Shown: positions 10,652 to 22,052 of the stretch, one piece after another
Layout of the letters: every line of letters starts with the position of its first letter
Numbering within the stretch: position 1 is the stretch's first letter
Source of the DNA: Chitinophagaceae bacterium
Lineage (GTDB): Bacteria; Bacteroidota; Bacteroidia; Chitinophagales; Chitinophagaceae
Length of the DNA stretch: 64,000 nt
Direction of reading: 5' to 3'
Assembly (NCBI GenBank): GCA_019745155.1
Contig: JAIETM010000010.1
Location: forward strand, 59,942-123,941
Program-made: the position numbers and the translations under genes
The notes under the pieces: model-generated
Databases searched by the model: none
Seen by the model: only the letters and a program-made list of their open reading frames with translations
What the model was told of the DNA's origin: nothing

Positions 10652-13057
10652 ATGAACAAACAGAATATTTTCCTAAGAGCAGAAGACGATTCGGACTTTA
10701 TGCCCATTATTCCCATTAATGAGCATGATGATGCGGATAAGGATATGGAGATTCCTGATGAATTACCGATTCTTCCTTTAAGAAATACGGTGCTTTTCCC
10801 GGGTGTGGTTCTGCCAATTACCGTAGGCAGGGATAAAAGCATCAAGGCAGTGAACGATGCGTATAAAACGAATAAATTAATTGGTGTACTGGCACAGAAA
10901 GATGCCAATGTAGAAGATCCGCAAGTACATGATCTCTGTGCGGTAGGTACGGTGGCCAAAATTGTGAAACTGATCAAAATGCCTGATGGCGGTACTACCA
11001 TCATCATTCAAGGTAAGAAGCGTTTTCAGGTGCACGAGATTGTAAGTGAGGATCCTTACTTTAAAGCAAAGGTGTCGCTGCTGACTGAAGAAGCACCAAC
11101 CAACGAAGAAGATTTTGCGGCTATTGTTAGCAGTATCAAAGATTTGGCTTCTAAGATCATTCAGCTATCGCCAAATATCCCTACAGAAGCTTCGATTATT
11201 CTGCGCAATATTGAGCAGCCTTCTTTCTTAATCAATTTCGTAAGTAGTAATCTCAATAGCGATTTGGCTGAGAAGCAATCTTTGCTGGAGATTAATGATC
11301 TGCATAAACGTTCAGAGCGATTGATTCATATTCTGCAGCGCGAATTACAGTTTGCTGAATTGAAGGATAAGGTTACATCCAAGACACGTACAGAAATTGA
11401 TAAGCAGCAACGCGAATATTTTCTGCAACAACAGCTGAAGAGTATTAAGGAAGAATTGGGTGGCGACAGCAATGAACGTGAGCTGGCGCAGATGAAGAAG
11501 AAAGCAGAAACGAAAAAGTGGACAGATGCTGCAAAGAAATTATTCCAGAGTGGTATTGAAAAGCTGGAGCGTATGCACCCCAGTACACCAGATTATTCTG
11601 TGGTGTACAATCACTTGGATTTGATGTTGGATCTGCCTTGGGGCGAATTCACAGAAGACAATTATAATTTGAACAATGCCAAGAAAGTGCTGGATAGCGA
11701 TCATTATGGCATGCAGAAAATCAAGAACCGTATTATTGAATATCTAGCAGTATTGAAACTGAAGGGCGATATGAAGAGCCCGATTCTTTGCTTTGTAGGT
11801 CCTCCTGGTATTGGTAAAACTTCTTTAGGTAAAAGTATCGCACATGCGATTGGTAGAAAATATGTGCGTGTGAGTCTGGGTGGTTTGCACGATGAAAGTG
11901 AGATTCGCGGTCACCGTAAAACCTATATCGGCGCGATGCCGGGCCGAGTGTTGCAAAACCTCCGCAAAGTGCAATCGTCAAATCCGGTGATGATTCTTGA
12001 TGAGATTGATAAGATTGGTAATGATTTCAGAGGCGATCCATCTTCTGCTTTGTTGGAAGTATTGGATCCTGAACAGAACAATAGTTTCTACGATAATTAT
12101 CTGGAGCTGGAATATGATTTAAGCAAAGTGCTCTTCATTGCTACTGCGAATAATTTACAGAATATTCAACCTGCTTTACGTGATCGTTTGGAGATCATTG
12201 ATCTAAGCGGTTATGCTATTGAAGAGAAAGTAGAGATTGCGAAGAAGCATTTATTGCCTAAGCAAAAAGATGCACATGGTTTGGCCAAAGTGAATTTCAA
12301 TATCAGTGATAAGGTATTGGAAAAGCTGATTGAAAATTATACCAGAGAGAGTGGGGTGCGTGAGCTCGATAGGCAACTGGCTTCTATTATGCGTTATGAA
12401 GCGAAAGAATTTGCCATTAAGGGTAAAGTAAAGCGTACGGTTACCTCTAAGGATATTGAAAAGATATTAGGCTCCAGCAGATATAGCAATGAGATTTATA
12501 AAACAGCTAACATGCCGGGTGTGGCTGTTGGCTTGGCCTGGACTTATGTTGGTGGTGATATCCTCTTTATTGAAACCGTATTGAGTGAAGGCAAGGGCGA
12601 ATTAAAGCTAACCGGTAACTTGGGCAATGTGATGAAAGAGAGTGCTACAACGGCATTAACTTATTTGCAAGCCAATGCACGTAAACTAGGCATACCGCCG
12701 GATGAACTAGGTAAACACAATGTGCATATTCACGTTCCAGAGGGTGCAGTGCCCAAGGATGGTCCGAGTGCAGGTATTACCATGCTTTCTGCCCTGGCTT
12801 CTGCTTTTACAGGCAGAAAAATCAAACCCTATTTGGCGATGACTGGTGAAATCACCTTGCGCGGACAGGTATTGCCGGTAGGTGGTATCAAGGAAAAAGT
12901 GTTGGCGGCCAAGCGTGCCGGCTTAAAAGAAATCATCCTATGTGCTCAGAACCAGAAGGATGTGGAGGAAATTGACAGCAGCTTTATCAAAGGCCTTGTA
13001 TTCCACTACGTGAAAACCATGCAACAGGTCTTGGATCTGGCATTGGTACAACCGTAA
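10652..13057 (+). CDS. lon: ATP-dependent Lon protease (endopeptidase La)
   Basis: 801 aa. LON N-domain, Walker [14 protein letters not shown] and catalytic [11 protein letters not shown]. Confidence 0.96.
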   Translation: MNKQNIFLRAEDDSDFMPIIPINEHDDADKDMEIPDELPILPLRNTVLFPGVVLPITVGRDKSIKAVNDAYKTNKLIGVLAQKDANVEDPQVHDLCAVGTVAKIVKLIKMPDGGTTIIIQGKKRFQVHEIVSEDPYFKAKVSLLTEEAPTNEEDFAAIVSSIKDLASKIIQLSPNIPTEASIILRNIEQPSFLINFVSSNLNSDLAEKQSLLEINDLHKRSERLIHILQRELQFAELKDKVTSKTRTEIDKQQREYFLQQQLKSIKEELGGDSNERELAQMKKKAETKKWTDAAKKLFQSGIEKLERMHPSTPDYSVVYNHLDLMLDLPWGEFTEDNYNLNNAKKVLDSDHYGMQKIKNRIIEYLAVLKLKGDMKSPILCFVGPPGIGKTSLGKSIAHAIGRKYVRVSLGGLHDESEIRGHRKTYIGAMPGRVLQNLRKVQSSNPVMILDEIDKIGNDFRGDPSSALLEVLDPEQNNSFYDNYLELEYDLSKVLFIATANNLQNIQPALRDRLEIIDLSGYAIEEKVEIAKKHLLPKQKDAHGLAKVNFNISDKVLEKLIENYTRESGVRELDRQLASIMRYEAKEFAIKGKVKRTVTSKDIEKILGSSRYSNEIYKTANMPGVAVGLAWTYVGGDILFIETVLSEGKGELKLTGNLGNVMKESATTALTYLQANARKLGIPPDELGKHNVHIHVPEGAVPKDGPSAGITMLSALASAFTGRKIKPYLAMTGEITLRGQVLPVGGIKEKVLAAKRAGLKEIILCAQNQKDVEEIDSSFIKGLVFHYVKTMQQVLDLALVQP

Positions 13058-13157
13058 TGTTTAAATTTAACCTAGGGTAATTGCAACAAAATGTTCATCC
13101 TCTTGTAATATTGCACATCAACAAGAATTTTTCATGTTGGTTGTTTTAAGGGTTAAG

Positions 13158-13189
13158 GTCCTCCGTTTCAACGGGGGACATTTTATTTT
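13158..13189 (+). terminator. intrinsic terminator after lon
   Basis: GUCCUCCGU-UUCA-ACGGGGGAC hairpin followed by AUUUUAUUUU. Confidence 0.65.
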
Positions 13190-13237
13190 CAGGCCTTTGC
13201 AGCCTCTGATCCTTTGGTTAACTTGGCGCATTATACT

Positions 13238-14263
13238 ATGCGTTCGTTTCTGATCATCATTGCTTTATGGACTTTTACAGCCGGTGCACAAACACTGGGT
13301 GGCAATGCTGTATTCAGCTTTCTCAATCTGCCCGGTTCTGCCAGACAAGCTGCTTTGGGTGGATACAATATCACCGCAGGGGGGAATGATCTGGGCATGG
13401 GCTTTCAGCAACCTGCTTTGTTACGTCCATCTATGCACGGGCAAATTGCCACCAGTATGAACGCATTTCTAGCCGGTATTCAGCAATACAATATCAGCTC
13501 GGCCTGGTACTTGTCTAAACAAGATATCACCCTTGCTGGTGGCATACAATACCTGCAATATGGTAGCATCACACAAACGGATGTTTCAGGGAATGTATTG
13601 GGCAGTTTTCGCCCACAAGATTATGTGGTGCAAGTCATGGCATCCAAATCGTATAAAGAACACTGGTGGCTGGGCACTAGTTTGAAATACGTGCATTCCA
13701 ATTATGGGCAGTATCGTGCATCAGGAATAGCGGCAGATATCAGTGTTTTGTTTAGTGATACTACTCGTTTGTTACAGGCTGCATTTTTGGTAAGAAATCT
13801 GGGAACGCAAATCAGTACCTATGCACCAGATGGCGCAAAAGAGGAAATGCCATTCGATATTCAATTGGGCATCACAAAAAAATTAGCGCAAGCACCTATG
13901 CAATTTTCATTAACAGCACATCAGCTACAGCGCTTCAATATCTACTACAACGATCCTGGTTTCAATGAAGCTGAGGGCAACACAGCAAAGCCATCATTCG
14001 GCCGAAAGCTGATGAGCCATTTGATTTTGTCAGCACAATTTTTTCCGAGTGAAAAGCTCGAGATCAATACAGGCTATAATTTTCTTCGAAGAAATGATTT
14101 AAATGTATTCAATGCATCCAATGGCTTAAACGGATTCACGATAGGTGTTGGTCTGTTATTGAAGCGATTGCATATTCGTTATGCAACGGGCTTTTATCAG
14201 CGCAATACTTTTCATCAATTCTCCATTAATCTCGAAAGAGGTGGTAAGGCTTTGGGCTTATAA
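13238..14263 (+). CDS. porQ: putative type IX secretion system membrane protein, PorQ-like
   Basis: Signal peptide and FSFLNLPGSARQAALGG near the N-terminus, which I recall as characteristic of PorQ-family proteins, plus a beta-barrel-like composition. Start at MRSFLIII. The family assignment is from memory, not from a search. Confidence 0.55.
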   Translation: MRSFLIIIALWTFTAGAQTLGGNAVFSFLNLPGSARQAALGGYNITAGGNDLGMGFQQPALLRPSMHGQIATSMNAFLAGIQQYNISSAWYLSKQDITLAGGIQYLQYGSITQTDVSGNVLGSFRPQDYVVQVMASKSYKEHWWLGTSLKYVHSNYGQYRASGIAADISVLFSDTTRLLQAAFLVRNLGTQISTYAPDGAKEEMPFDIQLGITKKLAQAPMQFSLTAHQLQRFNIYYNDPGFNEAEGNTAKPSFGRKLMSHLILSAQFFPSEKLEINTGYNFLRRNDLNVFNASNGLNGFTIGVGLLLKRLHIRYATGFYQRNTFHQFSINLERGGKALGL

Positions 14264-14797
14264 GGGTAGATACATATCCAGGTTACAACCCTGATGCATA
14301 AAACTACCCAATTCAATGAATCCATTTTTACGATAGTATTGAATGGCTTGTTCATTATCGCATTGAACTCCTCCCCAGAGTACTAGTGCCTGCATATTGG
14401 TTGATTTAGCTAATGCAATGGTTTCTTGTAATAAGCGTTTACCCAATCCCTTTCCCTGCCATGCATCTGCAACAGATGGTGCATAATTCATACACTGTGT
14501 AGCCTCAGGTAAATCTGTATAGGTTGTGTATCGCTGTAAGTCGTGTTGAAATGCTTCTTGTCTGAAAGCAGCATAACCAATGATGGCTTCCTGTTTTGTA
14601 TCAATAGCAATTAACGCACCAAGTCTTGGGTCTTGTTGATAGAAAGCTTGAATGGCGTTTGCAGCATATCCATGAGGTGCAAATCTTTGTTGGGTAGCAG
14701 CAGATAGTCCCAACAGATAATCAGATAAATGCGCAGCGTCTTCCAGACTAAATCGCCTGATAAGAATGTTCTGCTCTGCAATGGTAACGCGCAACAT
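14258..14797 (-). CDS. GNAT family N-acetyltransferase
   Basis: WQGKGLGKRLL acetyl-CoA-binding motif and YYRKNGF. Confidence 0.8.
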   Translation of the reverse strand: MLRVTIAEQNILIRRFSLEDAAHLSDYLLGLSAATQQRFAPHGYAANAIQAFYQQDPRLGALIAIDTKQEAIIGYAAFRQEAFQHDLQRYTTYTDLPEATQCMNYAPSVADAWQGKGLGKRLLQETIALAKSTNMQALVLWGGVQCDNEQAIQYYRKNGFIELGSFMHQGCNLDMYLPL

Positions 14798-14808
14798 GGT
14801 TTGCTTAC

Positions 14809-15807
14809 TTAAGCAGGCACCACTTCGTGCAGGTATTGCTTTTCTTCTTTGAAAGCTTCGCGTGGATGCAGACCTAACAAATCAAACATGCGGTGATCGT
14901 CTTCGAAGCTTGGGTTAGGTGTGGTGAGCAATTTGTCACCGGCAAAAATGCTATTTGCGCCTGCCATAAAACACAAAGCTTGTTCCGCCACACTCATATC
15001 GGTTCTACCGGCGCTCAAACGCACCATGGTCTTAGGCATGAGTATGCGTGCAGTCGCAATCATGCGTACCATATCCCATACATCTACTTTTCTGTTATGC
15101 TCCAATGGTGTGCCTTTTACTGGAACCAATGCATTGATGGGCACACTTTCCGGATGCTCAGGCATGGTGCACAAAGTGTAGAGCATTTTGATACGGTCTT
15201 CGTGTGTCTCGCCCAGACCAATAATACCGCCGCAGCAAACGGTTACGCCTGCTTTACGAACGTTGTCTAATGTTTGCAGGCGATCATCATAGGTTCTGGT
15301 GGTAATGATTTCACTATAATGTTCTTCGCTGGTATCCAAGTTGTGGTTGTAAGCATACAAACCTGCATCGGCCAGTTTCTTCGCTTGGTCTTCAGTCAGC
15401 ATGCCCAAAGTACAGCATACTTCCATGCCCATTTCATTCACACCTTTTACCATATCCAATACGCGATCGAAGTCGCGATTATCTCTTACTTCTCTCCATG
15501 CTGCACCCATGCAGAAACGGGTAGAACCTGCTGCTTTTGCTTTAGCCGCGTACTCAAGTACATCTTCTTTCTTCATCAAAGCATGCACATCTACACCTGT
15601 GCTATAGCGAGCAGCTTGCGGACAATAGGCACAATCTTCAGAACAGCCGCCTGTTTTGATACTCAGCAAAGTACATACCTGCACTTCAGCAGTATCATTA
15701 TACTTTCTGTGCAGACTTGCAGCACGGAATACCAATTCAAGTAGTGGGGTGTTATAGATAGATTGAATTTCTTCAATACTCCAGTTATTACGAATATCAG
15801 CAGACAT
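14809..15807 (-). CDS. bioB: biotin synthase
   Basis: Radical-SAM [10 protein letters not shown] motif and YNHNLDTS. Confidence 0.95.
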   Translation of the reverse strand: MSADIRNNWSIEEIQSIYNTPLLELVFRAASLHRKYNDTAEVQVCTLLSIKTGGCSEDCAYCPQAARYSTGVDVHALMKKEDVLEYAAKAKAAGSTRFCMGAAWREVRDNRDFDRVLDMVKGVNEMGMEVCCTLGMLTEDQAKKLADAGLYAYNHNLDTSEEHYSEIITTRTYDDRLQTLDNVRKAGVTVCCGGIIGLGETHEDRIKMLYTLCTMPEHPESVPINALVPVKGTPLEHNRKVDVWDMVRMIATARILMPKTMVRLSAGRTDMSVAEQALCFMAGANSIFAGDKLLTTPNPSFEDDHRMFDLLGLHPREAFKEEKQYLHEVVPA

Positions 15808-15842
15808 AATCTTTGTGTTTGATGGAACAAATATAGGTGAGC

Positions 15843-16901
15843 TTATTCCTCGCTACCACCTTTGTGCGCGAAATATCTGCGCCATTTATCAATAACACCC
15901 TGCATGTCTTCCGGCAATGGTGCTTCAAAATGCATGGGCTCTTTGGTGCGAGGATGGATAAAGCCCAATGTTCTGGCATGTAAAGCGCATCGTGGACAAA
16001 TAGCAAAGCAATTATCAACGAACTGTTTGTATTTGGTATAAACAGTGCCTTTCAAGATGCGGTCGCCACCATATTCCCAGTCGTTAAATAAAGTGTGGCC
16101 AATATGCTTCATGTGCACACGAATCTGGTGGGTACGGCCTGTTTCTAAGACACATTCTACCAAACTCACATAATGAAATCTTTCAATAACGGAGTAATGA
16201 GTAATGGCATGCTTACCTGTTTCACCTTCCGGATAAGCCGCAAACATTTTTCTGAACTGGTGGTGACGTGCAATATGCGCATTGATGGTACCCTGATCTT
16301 CTTCCACATTGCCCCAAACCAGTGCCACATATTTTCGGTTCACGGTATGGTTGAAGAACTGTTTGGCTAAGTGAGCTGCCGCATCAGCTGTTTTGGCTAA
16401 AACAATTAATCCGGTAGTATTCTTATCAATTCTGTGCACCAAGCCATAACGTGGTAAGGATTCCTCATCGAGGTTTGGATTCTGTTGCAGTAAATGCCAA
16501 GCCACACCATTCAGTAGAGTTCCTGTATAATTGCCCACGCCCGGATGCACCACCATATTCGGTGGTTTATTGATGACCATGATATCGGCATCTTCATACA
16601 CGATATTCAGGTTCATCTGCTCTGGCCTTACTTCGGTATGTTCCGGATTGATGAGGCTCATGAGCAGAATCTCATCGCCCGGACGAACCTTATAATTACT
16701 CTTTACGATTTTGCCATTGACCGTTAGAAATCCTGCGTCAATGCCTTGTTGAATCTTGTTACGGGTAGCGCCCTCCATACGCATCTGTACCCATTTGTCG
16801 ATGCGTAAAGGTTCCTGACCCTTATCCACTTTAAAGGTCTTTCGCTCGTATAGTTCATCGGGCGATTCTTCCAAAAGCCCGTCTTTCTCTTCGTCCAGCA
16901 T
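15843..16901 (-). CDS. rluD: RluA-family 23S rRNA pseudouridine synthase (RluD-like, with S4 domain)
   Basis: [12 protein letters not shown] catalytic motif and [10 protein letters not shown]. Start at MLDEEKDG. Confidence 0.9.
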   Translation of the reverse strand: MLDEEKDGLLEESPDELYERKTFKVDKGQEPLRIDKWVQMRMEGATRNKIQQGIDAGFLTVNGKIVKSNYKVRPGDEILLMSLINPEHTEVRPEQMNLNIVYEDADIMVINKPPNMVVHPGVGNYTGTLLNGVAWHLLQQNPNLDEESLPRYGLVHRIDKNTTGLIVLAKTADAAAHLAKQFFNHTVNRKYVALVWGNVEEDQGTINAHIARHHQFRKMFAAYPEGETGKHAITHYSVIERFHYVSLVECVLETGRTHQIRVHMKHIGHTLFNDWEYGGDRILKGTVYTKYKQFVDNCFAICPRCALHARTLGFIHPRTKEPMHFEAPLPEDMQGVIDKWRRYFAHKGGSEE

Positions 16902-16944
16902 GGCGCAAAAGTAAGTGCATTGTTGCAGAGTGTACATTTGCAGC

Positions 16945-17658
16945 ATGCAGGAAGTGTTTTTTCAGGATCTAGGCCGTCGATCATACAAAGAAGTTTGGGA
17001 TTATCAGGAAATGCTGCTCAAGCAGAATGTTGACCTGAAGCAGGCTGCATTTACATCGCCCCAAACAGATGTAAAACAGGTTGATACCCAACATCATTTA
17101 CTTTTTGTAGAGCATTCGCCAGTCTACACTTTGGGTAAAAGTGGTAAAGAAGAGCATGTGCTGATTAGCGAAGCGGAGAGAGCAGAAAAAGGTATCGAGT
17201 ATTTTCACATCAACCGTGGTGGTGATATCACATTTCATGGTCCGGAACAATTGGTGGGCTATCCCATTCTTGATTTGGACAAATTCAAAACAGACTTAGG
17301 TTGGTACCTGCGTAGTTTGGAAGAAGTGATCATTCTAACCATGGCAGATTATGGATTGAAGGGGGCGAGAAGCAGCGGAGAAACAGGTGTGTGGTTGGAT
17401 CCTGACATCAAAGGAAAGGAGCGTAAGATTTGCGCTATGGGTATCAAGTGCAGCAGGTGGATTACCATGCATGGCTTTGCATTCAATATCAATACTGATT
17501 TGCGTTATTTCGATTATATCGTACCCTGTGGTATTCAGGATAAGGCGGTAACTTCTTTAGAGAAAGAATTGGGTCATGCAGTACCCATGGAAGAAGTAAA
17601 GCAGAAAGTGTTGACACATTTTCAAGCCGTTTTTCAATGTCGTATCAGCGGATTGTGA
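16945..17658 (+). CDS. lipB: lipoyl(octanoyl) transferase
   Basis: RGGDITFHGPEQLVGYPI and KICAMGIK motifs. Start at MQEVFFQDLG. Confidence 0.92.
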   Translation: MQEVFFQDLGRRSYKEVWDYQEMLLKQNVDLKQAAFTSPQTDVKQVDTQHHLLFVEHSPVYTLGKSGKEEHVLISEAERAEKGIEYFHINRGGDITFHGPEQLVGYPILDLDKFKTDLGWYLRSLEEVIILTMADYGLKGARSSGETGVWLDPDIKGKERKICAMGIKCSRWITMHGFAFNINTDLRYFDYIVPCGIQDKAVTSLEKELGHAVPMEEVKQKVLTHFQAVFQCRISGL

Positions 17659-18418
17659 TGCTGTTTTTCTCTATCAAGTGCATATTCTCATACAGCTCGT
17701 AGTAATAACTACCTGCTTGCATGAAATTTGTTTTTTCTACAATCAATATTGGGGAATTGATATTATCAAGTTGAAGGATGATCAATCCCTTATTGTCTTT
17801 GAATAGTAAGCGATAATGATAATCCATGACAGCACTGCCTAGCCTGATTTCAACATGGCCATCCGCATTAATACTAATCTTACCACTAGCATTGTTGACG
17901 CCATTTTCTGTTTCCTGCAGCAATTCAATTTCGCCGGGACCTTTTGCAATGATCTCTAGTCTTGGATTACGTGATACAGAATCCTTCCAACTTTTAAAAT
18001 GATGAAAGGGTAATGTTCTGATCAGTTTCCCCTTCATCCATATGTGAATCAATCCTTTTTTATCCGGCTCAAATAATTGCTGTAAAGCAGCTTTGGGTGT
18101 GGTGAAGAAAAATTGGTCACCATTTAGCATATAAGAAATGCGGTAATAGTATTTTCTGAATAGTCCTAGTGGACGATCGATAAATCCGTTTTCCGGTAAC
18201 TGTGGTGAGTTGGTAGAGAAGATGGTTGTAAATCCTGTCTTATTGCCTGCAGCCCTTTGTACACTCAGCTGTTTGAGGTTTTTGCCAAAAGGGTTCTGCC
18301 AACTGATGCGATAACCTTTGGCTGGTAAAGTTTCTAGTGTGAAGTCGGGAAGCGCATCTTGTGCCCAACTGTTGCTGGACATCATTAGTAAGCCAATCAT
18401 GAAAAGGCAATTGCGCAT
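17645..18418 (-). CDS. hypothetical secreted protein
   Basis: Signal peptide MRNCLFMIGLLMMSSNSWAQ. I recognise no family. Confidence 0.5.
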   Translation of the reverse strand: MRNCLFMIGLLMMSSNSWAQDALPDFTLETLPAKGYRISWQNPFGKNLKQLSVQRAAGNKTGFTTIFSTNSPQLPENGFIDRPLGLFRKYYYRISYMLNGDQFFFTTPKAALQQLFEPDKKGLIHIWMKGKLIRTLPFHHFKSWKDSVSRNPRLEIIAKGPGEIELLQETENGVNNASGKISINADGHVEIRLGSAVMDYHYRLLFKDNKGLIILQLDNINSPILIVEKTNFMQAGSYYYELYENMHLIEKNSITIR

Positions 18419-18433
18419 CACCAAATATAAGTA

Positions 18434-19315
18434 TCAAAAGGGCAGAGTGCCTTCGGGTAATGATGCATTGCCTTGGAGGCCACCTGTATGTATCAACAGT
18501 AGCTTTGACTCAGGAGGAAAAAAGTCTTTTTGAATGAGGTCATTCACCGCATAAAACAATTTGGCTGTATAGACAATATCACTGGGTATTTTTTCTGTTT
18601 CCCAAAATTGTCGCATAAAGTCAAGTAGGGTATGGTTATACTTGGCAAAACCACCAAAATGGTAATCATGAATCAGCTGAATGCGATGATGGAGGTTTGC
18701 CTGCAATTGAGCAGTAATTTCTTCATACAAAGCCATATTATTTTTCATACTACTGATGCCGATGACCTGGGTTTGATCAGGTGCGCCATGAATCAGTCCT
18801 GCCAAAGTTGTTCCCGAACCAACCATGCAAATAATGTGTGAATAGGTGTTTTGTGGAATATGCTGCCAAATTGTTGCTGCGCCCTTTACGCCTAATGATC
18901 CATAGCCGCCTTCCGGAATCAGGTATTGGTGCGATTGAATAGGATAGTTTCCTTTTAAGAACTCATAGTTATTTGGTTCATGAAAACTAAACTGCATACC
19001 CAAAGATTCAGCTGCATCAAGTGTAGGCGTGGTGATAGTCTGGTGAGCGCGAATGCAGGCATGGGCTAACAGACCAGCTAGCTTACAAGCGAATGCTGTT
19101 GCCGCTACATGGTTTGAATAAGGTCCGCCAAAGGTGATAATCTCTTTTGCGCCAAGTTCTTGGGCTGCTTGCAAATAATAACGCAGCTTGAACCATTTAT
19201 TGCCGCTTATCACCGGATGTAACTCATCTAAGCGTAAAACATCTGTGTAAACCCCTCTGTTAGAGAGACTTAAGCATGTATTAATCCTGATATTGTCTGC
19301 CAAATGGTTCTGCAT
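18434..19315 (-). CDS. PLP-dependent enzyme, ACC deaminase / D-cysteine desulfhydrase family
   Basis: LHPVISGNKWFKLRYYL (lysine in the SGNK motif) and GGPYSNH. Start moved to ATG 19315, which removes the overlap with the divergent gene. Confidence 0.8.
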   Translation of the reverse strand: MQNHLADNIRINTCLSLSNRGVYTDVLRLDELHPVISGNKWFKLRYYLQAAQELGAKEIITFGGPYSNHVAATAFACKLAGLLAHACIRAHQTITTPTLDAAESLGMQFSFHEPNNYEFLKGNYPIQSHQYLIPEGGYGSLGVKGAATIWQHIPQNTYSHIICMVGSGTTLAGLIHGAPDQTQVIGISSMKNNMALYEEITAQLQANLHHRIQLIHDYHFGGFAKYNHTLLDFMRQFWETEKIPSDIVYTAKLFYAVNDLIQKDFFPPESKLLLIHTGGLQGNASLPEGTLPF

Positions 19316-19344
19316 GGCTATCTTTGCCCAATCGGGAGGCAAAG

Positions 19345-20259
19345 ATGAATCAAACAACGAAACCAACATTGGTTATTCTGGCAGCTGGTATGGCCAGTCG
19401 CTATGGTAGCATGAAGCAAACACAGTCATTCGGACCAAGTGGTGAAACCATTATGGAGTACTCCATTTATGATGCCATACGTGCCGGATTTGGTAAAGTG
19501 GTCTTCATTATCCGCGAAGATTTTGCAGAAAGCTTTAAACAGGCAATTGAACCCAAGTTTGCAGATAAGATACAGATAGATTACGTATTTCAGAGTCTGG
19601 ACAAGTTCACTGAAGGTTGGGCTATTCCGGAAACAAGGGTAAAGCCCTGGGGCACGGGCCATGCATTACTTTGTTGTAAGGGAAAGGTGAATGAGCCTTT
19701 CTCAGTCATCAATGCGGATGATTTTTATGGCCGTGATGCTTTTGCAAAAGCAGCTGATTTTCTAAACAATGAATGCTCAGAGCAACTGTACAGCATCGTT
19801 GGTTACTACTTGAAAAATACATTGAGCGAAAACGGTAGTGTTAGCCGTGGTGTGTGTGAAGTAACAGCTGACCAATTATTGCATTCTATCCATGAGCGTA
19901 CGAAGATTTACCGCAATGAAGATGGTGAAGTAGTGTATGAAGATGAGTCTGGTATCTATCCTGTTCCGGCAGATAGTGCAGTGAGTATGAATTTCTTCTG
20001 TTTCCATCCCAATATTCTTGCTTTATGTGAAGAGCAGTTTCAGGCATTTTTGAAGCGTAACTTTAAAGATCCCAAGGCTGAGTTCTTTATCCCTTTTGTG
20101 GTGAATTATTTCATTAACCACGAGTTAGGTAAGGTAAAAGTAGTGCCTACAACAGCGCAATGGTTTGGTGTAACCTATAAGGAAGATGCACCAGGTGTGC
20201 AAGCTAGCATCAATCAATTGGTGGCTTCGGAAGAATATCCCAACAATCTCTGGGCTTAA
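19345..20259 (+). CDS. sugar-phosphate nucleotidyltransferase family protein
   Basis: LVILAAGMASRYG (G-x-G-x-R nucleotide-binding loop) and KPWGTGHA. Confidence 0.75.
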   Translation: MNQTTKPTLVILAAGMASRYGSMKQTQSFGPSGETIMEYSIYDAIRAGFGKVVFIIREDFAESFKQAIEPKFADKIQIDYVFQSLDKFTEGWAIPETRVKPWGTGHALLCCKGKVNEPFSVINADDFYGRDAFAKAADFLNNECSEQLYSIVGYYLKNTLSENGSVSRGVCEVTADQLLHSIHERTKIYRNEDGEVVYEDESGIYPVPADSAVSMNFFCFHPNILALCEEQFQAFLKRNFKDPKAEFFIPFVVNYFINHELGKVKVVPTTAQWFGVTYKEDAPGVQASINQLVASEEYPNNLWA

Positions 20260-20278
20260 AGAAATAAAGTCGTTTGAA

Positions 20279-20311
20279 TAAAAAGGGCGCATCATTGATG
20301 CGCCCTTTTTT
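20279..20311. terminator. bidirectional intrinsic terminator between convergent genes
   Basis: Perfect 9-bp hairpin GGGCGCAUC-AUU-GAUGCGCCC flanked by an A-run and a U-run. Confidence 0.75.
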
Positions 20312-20330
20312 AGTATCTGTGTTAATCAAC

Positions 20331-21443
20331 TTAATTCTTATTGAAGGCTTTCACTAGGAATACATAGTCTTCCATTTCCTTCACCTGGTTGGTTCTGTTC
20401 ATGCCCTTTAAAGAGCTATGCGTAGCTACTTTTACTTTCTGGAAAGCAGTATCATCTTTCTTCAGTGCATCAATCAGCTGATAAATATTTTTACTCTTTA
20501 CAGCAAAAGCAACACCTTCAGCAGTAGCTTGTCTGGTACTCAGGATACCAACTACTTCACCATTCTTGTTCAATACAGGTGCACCTGAACTACCGGGGTT
20601 GGCGCTCATCTGCAACTGGAAGCTCACACTATCACCATTGAAACCGGTTCTGGCACTTAGGTAACCGAGGTTATAAGAAATTTCATTTCTAGGATAACCG
20701 AGTGTAAAGATTTCCTCGCCTAAATCTGCGGTCTGCTTACGGATACCGTAGGGTAGCGCACGGAAGGCTTTGAAATCAGCATCATCAATTTTGAGGATAG
20801 CAATATCTTTCTCTGCATCGGTATAGGCAATCACTGCTTTGAATTCATCGCCCTTGCTATTTACCACAACTGCAGAAGTACCGCGCACCACGTGGGCATT
20901 GGTAACCAGATAACCTTTGGGGTCAATCAGGAAGCCGGTACCACCACCGACCATTTTGGCATCGGCGGGGATCTTACCTTTTACTTCGTTGATCAGATTA
21001 CCCTGATATTGTTGATTGCGCTTGATCACCGCAATATCGCGGCTTAGCTGTTGAATTTGAGAATGGTTAACAGGAGAGAAATAGGCCACTAATCCGCTAA
21101 TCAGCAAAGCAATACCACCACCCACAGATGCGGCAATGGCAGTTACGCGGCGGTATTTATTCCAGAGCTGGATTACACGTCCTTTGGCAGAAACAGTACC
21201 GCCTTCATTGATATCGCCTCTGTTCAGCAATTGCTGGTGTGCATGCTGTAAAGTGTGCTTCAATGCGGTGCGGTCGGCATAAAAGTCCATTTGGTGCAGA
21301 AACATATTATGCTCCACCACCATCTGATCTATCTCAGGTGTCTTTTTACGCAGATCTTCAAACCAACGTTTTTCCTCTGCGCTCATCTGACCGCTGAGGT
21401 ATTTTTCGATGGTTTCTAATAATAAAATGTCTTCCATAATCAC
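20331..21443 (-). CDS. single-pass membrane protein: anti-sigma-like N-terminal domain fused to a trypsin-like (S1) serine protease
   Basis: N-terminus is LETIEKYLSGQMSAEEKRWFEDL. One TM helix, VTAIAASVGGGIALLISGLVAYF. The protease domain carries TNAHVV (His), DIAILK (Asp) and NPGSSGAP (Ser). The start codon directly abuts the stop of the sigma gene. Confidence 0.8.
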   Translation of the reverse strand: MIMEDILLLETIEKYLSGQMSAEEKRWFEDLRKKTPEIDQMVVEHNMFLHQMDFYADRTALKHTLQHAHQQLLNRGDINEGGTVSAKGRVIQLWNKYRRVTAIAASVGGGIALLISGLVAYFSPVNHSQIQQLSRDIAVIKRNQQYQGNLINEVKGKIPADAKMVGGGTGFLIDPKGYLVTNAHVVRGTSAVVVNSKGDEFKAVIAYTDAEKDIAILKIDDADFKAFRALPYGIRKQTADLGEEIFTLGYPRNEISYNLGYLSARTGFNGDSVSFQLQMSANPGSSGAPVLNKNGEVVGILSTRQATAEGVAFAVKSKNIYQLIDALKKDDTAFQKVKVATHSSLKGMNRTNQVKEMEDYVFLVKAFNKN

Positions 21444-22052
21444 TTACTCCCCGATATTATATTGTGCGAAAAACAGTTTTTTCAAACGCATCAGGCATTT
21501 GTATTTCTGGTTCTTCGCATTATCTGCGTTGGTGTAGCCGAAGGCTGCAGCTATTCGCTGCATATCCTGCTTTTGCAGGTAAAAAGCCTCCAGCAGGCTT
21601 TTGCAGGGTTCGCCCAGGCTGTTTAGCGCCCGGTCCATGATAGCGAACTCGGCATTACGTTTCTCATGAATCTCCAAGTCTTCTTCCACCGGAACAGTCT
21701 CATCCAGATTGTCCAACGTGTTTGAATAGCGTCCAGTCTGCTGTAATCGTTTAAGCCAGAGTCGCCTGCATACGGAATATACATAGGTTTTAATTTGACA
21801 GGTTAATACAAATGATTCGCTTTGTGCTTTTTCATATAGCGTAATCATTGCCTCCTGAAAAATATCCCTGGCGTCGTCATAAGAACCGTTGTTATTGAGA
21901 ATGAAAGCTTGTACCATGTTAAAGTTGTCCTTATAAATGGTCTCAATAGCTCTTGAGTCGTTGCTAGCCAGTCCTTTCAGCAATAATTGTTCGTTAGTAT
22001 CGGCTTTCACTTTCTGCCTATTAATACGGTTCGGGGTGGAAAAGTAACCCAA
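21444..22052 (-). CDS. RNA polymerase sigma-70 family (ECF-like) sigma factor
   Basis: Region-2-like DARDIFQEAMITLYEK and region-4 helix-turn-helix QDMQRIAAAFGYTNADNAKNQKYKCLMRL. The track start is TTG, so the exact start is uncertain. Confidence 0.8.
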   Translation of the reverse strand: MGYFSTPNRINRQKVKADTNEQLLLKGLASNDSRAIETIYKDNFNMVQAFILNNNGSYDDARDIFQEAMITLYEKAQSESFVLTCQIKTYVYSVCRRLWLKRLQQTGRYSNTLDNLDETVPVEEDLEIHEKRNAEFAIMDRALNSLGEPCKSLLEAFYLQKQDMQRIAAAFGYTNADNAKNQKYKCLMRLKKLFFAQYNIGE

